DNA from: Pocillopora damicornis
Taxonomy: Eukaryota
Length of the DNA stretch: 64,000 bases
NCBI RefSeq assembly: GCF_003704095.1
Contig: NW_020843829.1
Span: 1,178,001 to 1,242,000 of the forward strand
Reading direction: 5' to 3'
The notes beneath the pieces are model-generated. The model searched no databases. It saw only the letters and a list, made by a program, of their open reading frames with translations, and was not told where the DNA came from. This document shows, piece after piece, positions 23,107 through 34,800 of the stretch. Numbering within the stretch: position 1 is the stretch's first letter; each line of letters starts with the position of its first letter. The translations under genes and the position numbers were made by a program.

Positions 23107-23529
23107 TTTTCCCGCCAAAAAACTTAGAAAAATACGGGCGCTTTAAATACGCATGCGTCTTTTTTTTCTTTTAAAACCCTGCTGGTATCATCCATTTAAA
23201 TCGTTGCAATTTTCCCGCCAAAAAACTTAGAAAAATACGGGCGCCCAAAATACGCATGCGCCGTTTTTTTTCAAGTCTTTTCCCTTACTATATAATAAAG
23301 TAAAGTTTATCTTCAAGTTGTCTGAAGTCTATTTATTCATCTATATACTGAATAAAAGTCAATAAACACTGCAATGTTGTTCGCTCTATATTGTGATCTT
23401 TATTTTCCTACAAGTCAAACATTCTTTATTCTCTTTATATATTCTATAACTAGTTAAGTGAATTCCCTTTAAATTATCAAAAGGGTCAAGAAGAATTCGT
23501 TAAAGTATATAAGACTTTTGGCGGGAAAA
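23107..23529. repeat. ~51-bp direct repeat with TTTTCCCGCCAAAA (E2F-type) motifs
   Basis: Copies at 23107-23157 and 23210-23260; inverted motif TTTTGGCGGGAAAA at 23516-23529. Confidence 0.8.
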
Positions 23530-24794
23530 TTTGAGAGAATTTGCACAGAGTTTCTCCCTATAACATTTCTCACAAATTATTCCAAATAGCTTCCCTTAAA
23601 ATTTTTCGCCAAATATCTATGAACAGTATCTTGTGCAAAAAGATTTCCAAAACAAATTTTGAACGGCTTTCTGCTCTGATTTAATTGTACAAAATTTGGT
23701 TTACTTCTTGAAATAAAGTTAAATTTTAAACGATTCTCCCAGGGAGGGTTGAAATTGGATCTTTGAAGTTTTTGCACAAGGTACATGTACGCAACTTGAA
23801 CAACTTGGCAAGCTATATTTCTATACTAAAACTAAAGTAAGGTTACGCTAACTTTGCCACGTTGCATTTAACAAGACCTTTTCCAGCTTTCGATTTCTCT
23901 GTTCACAAAATTTTAATGCACAGAAGGAATTTAATGCCAAACTGATAACAATTGTAACGAAACTAAATTTTCCTATCAAAGTCTGACTAAGTTTTTTTTT
24001 CCTTTTTGATACCAAAGGCTAAGATAATTGCTTGACTCAAACTATCTTTGAATCCTTACAAGATTTCATTTGCTTGAAGTTTTATTTTTTCACAGATAAA
24101 ATAAAAAATTAGATGGTCAAACATCAAAATAACTTTGATTTCATTGATGCGGCAATCGAAAGCCGGAAAAGGCCTTTCTATGTAACATATACTGAGCCAT
24201 AAGATAAACAACCGTTTCCAATGCTATCGAGGACAAGTTGCACGCCAAAAAAGGACGCAGAAGTGAACTGAATGGTAACAAGCAATTTACTGAGAAATGT
24301 TCGGCAAAATCATGAAATCATTCATGTTTGACATCTTGATAAAATTCCAATAATCAAAAACAAATTTAATTTCTATTTTTCGTGTTTTCAATTCGTCTCT
24401 TTATCCTATGGAAAATAGGATAAAGGGTTGACTTTTTTATTTGCTGTTCTTCCAAACGATGTCTTTACCCCCTGAGGGTCTTTTTTCGGGCGACATCATA
24501 AAATCTTCAATGTCTCTAGAGTTTCGATGGATTAGCAACAATTCCAGGTTCTTTTGAAGAATTATTATTTTGATATTTGAACTCATTATTTTCCTCTAAA
24601 GACTTTTGATCACCAAATATTATATAATTATTCATTTTCGTTGTTTGAATAAAATTTCAGTACATCTAAAAGACATTTGTTTAGTATTTTTCGTGCCATC
24701 ATTTTTTCCTCATTCTTTGGAAACCACCATCTTTTCATGTTTTTGCGCTTTCTTTTAAATTTCTGCAATTGTCATTTTGTTGGAAACGGTCAGC

Positions 24795-24966
24795 AGCGTT
24801 TTCACGTGACGTCACAGCAGACTGCGTGGTGTTCCGAGACAAAGAAACAATGGCCATGTTGGTTTTCCAAACTAATCCTCTGGGAATTGAACTCTATTTT
24901 TATACAAATATCATCTTTTATTTCAAAAACAGTATGGCTGCATGTCACGTGAGTGAAAACGCTCTA
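24795..24966. mobile_element. MITE with TIR (T)AGAGCGTTTTCAC...GTGAAAACGCTCTA
   Basis: Inverted termini CAGCGTTTTCACGTGAC / GTCACGTGAGTGAAAACGCTCTA. Confidence 0.7.
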
Positions 24967-27900
24967 TATCAAATAAAGTGATATTCTAAAACTCGTGTCT
25001 GGCAAAGTATTTCACGTTTTACAAGGCAAGCTTTAAGGAGTTTATGACGCGAATTAAGTGTAATTTTCGCCAGAGGAAAGCTCTGTTCAAGCACTATGAC
25101 AATCAAATGGTAGTCTATTTAAGGGAAAAGAATTTCAATGTTGTTGACTGGAAACAAATCTCCATAGAATTAATGAAAATTTCACGACTATAATTTTATC
25201 GAAATTTCTGTTGGTGAAAAGCACTGGAAAATGTGATCAGACAATCAAATTAAGATAGACTGGGAAAAGAACAATTTCTGTCACATGCGGCAACATTGTT
25301 AAAGTTCAGTGCCATCTATTTTTTTTCCCGGAGATTGATCTTGAAAATTTCAAGGCCATTTGTATAATAAGCTGCAGTCAAGTTATATCCATATTTAATG
25401 TGCCAGACATGATTGCAAAGAACATCACTCTACATGACAAGACCTGACAAGAGACTGAAGGCTGCTGAGGAAATATTTGAAGTAACGCCATACATACTTT
25501 CGTCGGTTCGAAGTTCTCAGCGTAAGAGACAATTTCAGAAACCCTCAATCTCTTAATATCATCTAGCTTTAAGGTAGCTCTGCATATTGATTGTTCAGCG
25601 TATTCGTTGACACGTTCTAGGCTTTTTTTTTTTTTCCCGAATCAAGGCAGTCTTGTAGTTGCTTGCAATGTGCTGAATTTGGTTGTATCTCGTCATGTTG
25701 ATAATCTTGAAGTAGCTGTTCCTCATCGAAGAGCGTCCCTCTGTCCATGCCTTATCTGAATCGTGCTCAATTACATCTAAACATGCAGTGCCACCTTAAT
25801 TATTTCTAGAAACCTTTCCGACAAAAATATCAATAAAACCTCATTTTTACAACCAAAAATGTTTCTATGATTTGTCATTTTTTTTCTGTTCTAGATGAGT
25901 TTTAAATGAAAGTGGAGTCGTCGATACAAATTATTTTGAATTGTGTTTAATTACAGCTTCTGTGCAGTGCCATATGCAATATTTTGTAGGAATGGTTTCT
26001 TCAAAAATATGTTAACAATTGATTTCCTTATCTTTGAAGCGAGACCAGTGCATGCCCCCACGCATGATCTTCTGAAAAGCTAACTTCACTCTTCATTCCT
26101 GCTCTCGTTCTTCTCTTTACTTCTAGTGTCGTCTTCATCATCCAAGATTTCTCACCCTGAAGTCGATAGAATGAAATGCGTAAGAAAGAAAGCTAACGTA
26201 AACGTAAATGGATAAATTTTTGTAGAGCTGTGTGCTAAGCTTTTAGCTTCGACATTTTGTAATTTATTTTTGAAACAAAATTTATCACACTTTGTCTAGG
26301 CGTGCAATACAGTGACGCTGAGTAACAAATTAGACCTCACATTCAATTTAATAGTACTTCTATTGACTTCACCGGCTGTGTTATGCCTATTTTTTAGCGT
26401 CTGCTACAAACTCCACAAAGAGTCAAACCTTCTCGACGCGACACGTGAACTGATTCAGCAAGTGCACGTGTTAACATCTCAAACAAACTTCTCCCAAGTG
26501 TTTTACGTTTTGACGGTCGTAAAAACATCAAGAATTGGTACTCACCATAATGTAAACTTCACAAAGGCTCTCCACTCCAAAAGCTTTCGAAGTAAGAAAT
26601 TATATCTCGAGCAAAACGGAGAGAAACACTGTTACTGTACACAAGCTCGTTTAACTGACAAATTACGGTAACCACGCTTGTGAATCTTCATGAATATGGA
26701 ATAGAATTTGGGCCAATTGCTTTTCGATACGTCACATATTTCAAACAAGAATGTGTCTCTGCTGTACAATTTTTTTTACCTATTTTAGGAGTGTTTTGTC
26801 ATGTTAACTTACCCCCTAAGATAAAGAATGACTGTCATTACACGGGTTAATGATAGCAGTTGTTATTTAGAAGACAAAATTTAATGAAAAAAGGTTATTT
26901 TTCTTCAATGTTGCTTGAGAAAAAAACTAAACTGTCAGAGCATTGTTGTGATGAAAACCGGCTTTGAAGGAAAAAACCTACGAGCGGAATGAAAAGGTTT
27001 GAACACGTTTTGATAAATGCACATCTACGCGCAAATTTCTAAACGGAAAAGAAAAGAAAAAAGAAATTCGAGATGTGCGTGGATAATTAGAACCGAAACC
27101 GCCACCGGATATGCGATACGTTACTATACCGACTGCATGAGCCACGAAAAATGCGAAGGTAGTTTGAATCAAGTATAAGATATATATTTGACAGGCACCT
27201 CCTGCCTGCGTGCTGCCGCGGTGAGTGACTGATAAGATCAGTTATGCCATAGTGTCCTGTGCGTAACCCCTCTAACTATGGTTTGCGACCTGCTTAAGTT
27301 AGGATCTGAAGAGTTCGATCGGTTCAAAAGAAAATTATGTGTAAGAACAAAAGATGTTATGCATCTGCCTCAGGTGTGGTTTGTGGAAAAAAATCGGCAT
27401 CCAGCCATAAGGAATCAAACCTCTGACTTAGCGATGTGTTGGTCGGATGTAATTGAAATGGGTTCAAGGGTAGTGGCTAAGTGAACTCAGTTCAGAAATA
27501 TGTAAGCTACACATTGATGAGAATGAATTATTTACTTGAGATCGCCTGTCCATTTTCAACTTTGCGCCGTCTCCCTACGACTCCATGACATCCCCATAAA
27601 CTTCAAATTTCGCCAGTATTCCACCGTCTCCAAATTTCAATAATAAGCGTGAGATGAAAAAAACACTACCCGACATGTTGGGGTTTGTCCTAACTGCTGA
27701 GGCCTCGCTTAGGAACAGAAGAGGGACTGGGACTATCGATCAATTTTAAAGTTTTAAAGGAGGAGAAGGTGGAAAAGTAATAGCGTAGGGGTAGGGGGGT
27801 AATTATAAACGGAATAAAGGTAGAGAAGGTTATGAGGGGGGGGGGGGGGAAAGAGTCTTAGCTGTTTGCTCTCCAAACAACTCTGTACATTTCATAATTT

Positions 27901-28887
27901 AATTAACATCCTTGCCATTATTTTATGTAACAATCTCGCTAATCAATAAAACGCATCAACATCAACGTTTATAATCAACAATCAGGAAAGTGAATATATA
28001 TGGACACTGTTTTCGATGTAGCCATAGACTACGATCGATCCAGACTTCTCTCCCTCAGTAATCCTTCGCAAAAACCAAACATTCTGGCATCGTGTGAACT
28101 CGGAGAAGCGAGGCGCGCTCTTTCCTAGGGAATGCCAGCTCGTTATCCGATTGAATCAAAAGTGCAAAGCAGTATTGCATAATATAATTGCACAATACAA
28201 TATACGTATATACATATCGCTCAATTACTATGTCATGTCTGAATCTGTTATAGGATAGAGTTGATTTAAATATTATTGTTCTAGGGCACATTTCAACATT
28301 TTATGTAGGATTGAATGATGCTCTGAAAAAGGATTGCAAGCCTACGAAATGGAGAAAGTAAGACACAATCGAGTTTTTGCAAACCGACAGATGGATTTCG
28401 CTGTCAGTGTTATGACTGATAAGAGGTTGAGCAAAAGCCGGGAGAGTTCTTGTACAAAAGGAATTTCATCTGTCCTGTTTCAGCATCAAAATTACTTAAT
28501 AGCTGTAGTAATTTCTAACCAAGATGCAATAAAGAGAAAAAAATTATTCCTATATTGTTGGAGTATTTTTCTTTCGTTGATAATTGCAAATAAATTCTAT
28601 AATTCTAGCTACTTGAGGTTCCTAATAATAAAGCTCTACCGTTCTCGAAGCCAATTCTACTCATTTCTTTATTTTCCTGGTAATTTTCCTAACAAATATA
28701 ATATCGCTTTACTGGCATAATCTTAATTTTAACTGTCATAACTTAATAAATTTATAACATTGTTGTTGGAAATTATTGGGTTGAGGCATTTCAATATTCT
28801 AGATCATAAATGCATTTTGATTGTTGCGTTTTAAGCACAAGCTGCTTCTATATAGTTGCATGAGTTTTTCTCGTCTTAACTTTCATC

Positions 28888-31800
28888 CTAGTGCACTGGA
28901 TTTGAATAAGTTCTTTCTCTTGTGGAGTCTTGACTGTAAAAAAAAAAAAGAATTGGGACAATGAATTAATGTGTGAAAAATTTATTGAGTAAACCAAATC
29001 AAATCATTAAGATTTAAAAGTAGTATATACAGCAGGGGGCTGACATCAAGCTCACCTGTTATATTAGAGATCTGAAACAGAAGCCTCCTCCGGGCGTTCA
29101 GTTAGTTAGCGATAGTAAACGGCGCAACAGGAGCGGAGGTGGACTTAAAAAGTCGAGGGAGGCCTGGGTTGGGTCACGTTACCAAACCTCCACTGTTTTG
29201 GCTCTGCCGCTACTGTCGCGCCGTTTACTATTTCGCTCCGTTTTATTAATTGAACACTTAAACAGGCTATCAATTTTAAAGAAATGTCAGCTGACCCGAC
29301 GCTATTTAATCACTGATTGGTAAAAAGGAAAATGTTATGTTTACCAAAGAAGTACACAATTCTCTTTTTATAGGAAACAATTCACACAAATACTGGACAA
29401 GGTCTGTTGTAAGGTTATGGGAACGTTTTAACGAGGCCGAGCCACAGCTTGAAATTAGAAAAAAATTTGAAAAACTGGTTTCGACTTTATTACCAGTTTT
29501 GGTTGCGGTTCAGTTTGACAAGGACGATTTTTAATTTTTTCCCTGCTTTTCGTGAGTTTTAGCTAAGATGTGGACCAGTGTTGTATGGTGCATGCACGAA
29601 AGAACATGGAGCAGTGCTTGCAATGGTTACTTCCATTCTGAAGAGAACCTCTTGTTCGTGAGGTAACAACACACAAACAACAAAGTATATAATGTACCAG
29701 GAAGGATGAGTGTACGTACGTGTATGGTCTGCGGTTTTACCGACTGATGTACTCACACTGCAGTGCCTTCTGCTCCATCTCTGTCCATGAGCAAGGTAAT
29801 AGTAGGGGCGCGTGGCTTCAATTTGTGCTCACTTATCTAATGTAAAAGACAGTTCAGAAGTCATACATAATACACTCCTCAAAGCGCTGAAGATCTTCAG
29901 AATTTGTCTGACAATCAAGAGCTTCTTCAGTTGGTGATCATTTAGTTTATTCTCATGACCCTTATGTTTGATTCAGGTGTGATATTGTAAGGAGAAATTA
30001 GATGCAAGTCACTCTGGGGGTCAACGAGTTGAAGTTCTTTGCAATTGATTACTCACCCTCATTTTACTAGAAGTCTTTAGATACATCCACGATCTGTCAA
30101 AAGACGACAAAAGTGCACAAATCTCAAGTTAAAAGGGGCGTTTGTTTGATTATCAAACATTGAGAAAATGTAAGTAGAGGATAGTTCATTCAACGATAGA
30201 AACACCGGCGCTGCAATCAATTGTATTTACGTATTCAAACCATTTACTGTGTTTCCGTTGTTCACTCTGCATAGCGGCCGAATAAGTCAGTAGAAACACT
30301 ATTGTAAATTGTTCTTGGGGAGATCCCAACAACTGGCGAGAACCTATGACAATTTAAATCCTTTGGGTTTCATAACCACCGTACTTGCTTAACTATAATT
30401 TACTAACAAACCTTTTAGCTGCGGTTCGGACGCGGTCGGTCACTTCTCGCGTTTTCAAAGTTACTCCAAAAATATCCTCATGATATCGGCCGGAACTCTG
30501 AAAAAGATTTACAAGAATCTTTTACGTCTGAGTGTTTGAATATAACAAACGGATGTTTAGTGAATAACTTATCTCTTTTGTTGCCGTTGTTTGGTCTTAC
30601 CGCGCAAATCACTCTAGAGGAGCAAACTTTTTCGTGACAAGACCAAACATCTGCTGAAATGTAGACTACTGGTCATACTAAATTATGAAAACGACCGAAT
30701 TCCTTGATGTAATGGTGAAGGCTTTCTTTTTGAAAGGGATGTAAAAGGTAATACCACGTTTTCCTGTTCGAGAAATGTCGTCCACAACAATCTCAAGGCT
30801 GAATCAAATGAGGATGTACGTAACACTCAAAACTGAAAGAAAATCAACACCAAACTCTTGGGGTACGAATCTCAGTCCTGGATTATTTTTCAGGCGTGAA
30901 CTTTCCTAAATTGCAAGTTATCCCTCAGTCATTATGAGCACCCAAATAATATGACACGTCCAAGTTACCTTCATTTTGTTTACTGTGTCCTGAGCCTCTT
31001 GCTGAGACATGGCAGCGTACTCTTGTAGGAGGGTCTGAGGAAGTTTAAACAAAACGCAAAAACAAGTTATCTGATTATCTCACCCATGTCATATATCTAT
31101 TTTTGGAAGCTTAAATCCTCCCTTGATAACTTCGGAGATGTTTTAATTGTGTCCAGAAAACTGTTAAGGTTACTGGGCCTTCCTTCCGCAGACAAAAGTT
31201 AGATTAGCCGCGAATAAGAGCGGGAGAATGGAGTCAAAAGATAGAATTAGCGCGTAAATTTACATTCACCACGTCACAGAATCTAACCGTCGTCATAGTA
31301 CATCGATTTTTTTGTTACAATAATGGAATGTAAAATAAGCAAACCAACTGCTTCATTGGTAAACCACGCTTTTGCTGGGTCCTGAAATTTTCATCAAGAA
31401 AAATCTGCCTTCAGTACTGGTGGGGACGGTCATATTTGCTGGCGCTTCGACTACGCGCGCAGTGTAAGAAAATTTCACTATACTTAAACAAAGAGGTATC
31501 ACCTGCAATGTTCTGCAAACATCCTCTGCCATTGACACATCGCCGCACACGTAGAAGTGTCCCCTCTGACTCAGCAGCTTGTCACAAATGTCAAACGCCT
31601 CCATTTTCAACATATCCTGAACATATTTCTGAAATATATACGAGATGAGATTCGCTATCTAAGATAAAATAGTTCATATTCAGTTACGTTGGGAATACGA
31701 AAAGCGTTCACTGGGTGCACGTGTGGATATAAAAGTACTTAAGCTCGCGAACTTTACGTTTTTTATCAACAGTAAAGTGGCAAGTGTATGTACCACTGAG

Positions 31801-34800
31801 TGGAAAGAAACAGTAGCTGTTCTATCATTTTCTCCTCTGGTAAAATTGGAAAGACAGCAAGGCTAACATGAAGGTACTTTGTTATGTTCGCATTTATTGA
31901 GGAGTTAAAGGATAAGTTACGTTAATAAAAATTTTCCTTACTTTTGGCTGTCCTGGTTCACGTGAGAGAGCTGTCCATATTTCAGTCAAGGCGCCATCGC
32001 TTTTCGCTTTCGCCATTTCATCCTTGTATATATAATCTTGAGTAGAGTTTCTACATCCGAAAAACAACAACATTTCGCCCCACTTTCCCGACGAAGGTTG
32101 TGAAGCATTCTCGTCCTGTTCTTTTTCTGAGAAGAGTTGACGCTGCAAAGAAGAGCTACCCCCGAAGGAACGATGTGGCGTAGGAGGAGTTGTTTCAGGA
32201 GAGTCCCCACGGGTGAAAGCAAAGTTTCGACGCTGTATTAAAGGGCTTGAGTCTGGTGTAAGGTCCAACGTCCTTGGCTTAGGAGCACTTGTGTTCACAA
32301 TGTCAAATTGGCGCTGTTGCCAAAAGCTTCTGAAAGGAGCTATACCAGTCCCAGGCCCCACCATTATCACTGGGACCGTGCCATCTTCGGGCAAATGAAA
32401 GGTCTGGGCTCTATAAAAAAGGAAATAGGTAGCCTGGTCAAAGGTGATCTTGCCTCTCATATGTTTGCTAATCTAAGATAAACAGAGAGTTTCCTTTTTT
32501 TTCGGAATTTAAGAGGAAAAAAAGGCGGAGAAATGGTGAACATATAAACACTTAAATGATGCACATTGGACATGGTATCTTGTGACTTTAAAGGTGTGTA
32601 CTGCCCTGAGGTGAATTTCTGAGTTTTAAAATCATTCATCTCCACTCATACTCAGTACATACCAACGTTTTTATACTAACTGAGTTTCAAAACGCAAAAG
32701 AAGTTGAGACATGGACTTACTGCCGCACGTAACAGGCCACTTTGTCTCCAGGTTGCAAACTATTTAACCACGTGGAGCAAACGCCATGATGTACGGGACC
32801 TTTTCCACCTGAGACGTAACGCAGCAGAGTACATAGAGTTACCAAGACAATCCATGAAAAAAAACTCGTTAAATATATCAGGTTGTACACAGCTCCGAAG
32901 AATACCACAATTAATCCGTAACTTCATAAGATATAAATCATATTAAATTTCTCCATTTTACCTGCTATACATTTTATTGTCAAATAGTTGGTGTCATATC
33001 GAGAGAACACCATCTCGCTGATAACTTTCAGTCTACTTTCATCACCATATTGTTCTATGATTGCTGATCACTTCTGAAGCGCACACAAAAAGCACTATTC
33101 TAATTTGTTGCCCTCTATTGTCAAGGGAGAATTTTCAATTAAACACAGTTCCTCATATTTCTTACTCACTTATATTTCTTCTTACTGCAGAATCAACTAC
33201 CTCACCTCTCTTGTTATATTGTACCACTGCCACTGTGAGGTGAACTTCACCTGGGAAAAAGTCTGGCGATGATGAGATGGAGTAGAAACGCTGTTGATAA
33301 CAAAGAAATAATTTTAACAAAGATCGTAGTAATTTATGAAAGGAGATTCAGAAAGTCTCTAATCAGCTTTGTCATAAATTTGAGTGAGGTACACACGCGG
33401 GACTTTCAAAAATTCTTTTTGAGATCTTTGCTCTTAGAGTGGGCTGGTAACGCGTTAAGGAGTTTCACGTGTAGCAAAAACAAACTTTACATTCTATCTC
33501 AGTCCCATAAATTTGAGACGGGTTTTAAAACTCTAACATAACACTTCACTCCTTAACATCAGGATGAATTTTCTCCAAACCGTTCTCGTCACAATTTCTA
33601 TGGTCCCCAACAATGAGAACTTGCGTAACAATTAAAAGCGCCTTCAGTTGGTGATCATTTCCTATACTCTCATGACCTTAATGTTTGATTCAGCCGTGAT
33701 ACTGTGAGGATAGATTAGACGCTAGTCGCCCTTTTGGATTAAGGGCTTAAACAGTGACCATGACTTATGGCTGATAACGAAGAAGGCTCGTTTGACTCTC
33801 ACAAAGACAGCTTCAGCTCCTGTCGATCTACCAAGGCGGAGCTAAAGGAAGGGGTGGGAGTCCAAAGGAGCATGTGACCCCCTCCCACCGTTCGCCCCTC
33901 TCTTCGTCAAGAAAAAGTGTTAATTTATGCAGGCCTCTCAATGCCATTAGGATGCCGCCCTTTTTTTCTTTTTCGGAAGTACTGCCCACACCCAGTTTAT
34001 ATGATGCGCATGTTTACTTCCTTCAATAAATTCTCCTACCCTAGGGGGACCTTTACTTATTAACGTCATCAAACGGGATTGTTTTAGCGGGTTTCACCGT
34101 AAACAATTAGGTGATTGTAACTTCTTTCAGGTCTATCAAGCAGTGCGACTTACCGGCTGCAACAAAGGCAGCTGGGTGAGTAATAAGTCAGCTGGAACTT
34201 GTAAGGAAGGATGCTCTTGTAGCACATCAAGAATGTTACATTCACTTCCAAACTTCCAGTCCTCGTATCGGTTATTACCCTGAGAGAAAAAGAAATAGAC
34301 AAAAGAAAACGAAAGAGTTAAATTAAAAGCATTTATGAAGGAAGACTCAAGTTCAGAACTTAGAAGGGCTTTTACATATATAACGAGGAACAGACGGAAG
34401 ACCTCACCTGGCTAAGAATCTCAAGTTTTTCCTTTTCTGCCGGGTCAGTAGCCTAAAAAGAAGTGTGGAAATTTTTAAATGGATATTAAAATGGTAATGT
34501 CTTAGTTCAGTAGGTCGAAAATATAGACAAACAAATAAGTGGAAATGAGATGTTGCCGATAAACGAAAACTACGAAAGTAGGCTTTCGTTATCGCATCCT
34601 GGGGTACGGGATCTTACAGATAACCAAACGAAATTGACAGTGATACACTGTTACTCGTCCCAACCTGGGTACGCCGCCGAGGTACAGGAAAGTTCGTGAT
34701 ATTCAGGGCTCGAAATAAAATAAACTGGAACTACAGTAAAAAGCACTGGTACTAGCATTAGAGAGAGGAATCTGTTAGACTTAAAATGAACTGTAGCGGA

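Noticed and set aside
26030-26160. Purine-rich minus-strand segment as an extra NOS terminal exon
   Set aside because: NOS already terminates at 28888 with a downstream AATAAA; the frames here stop quickly and cannot be linked.
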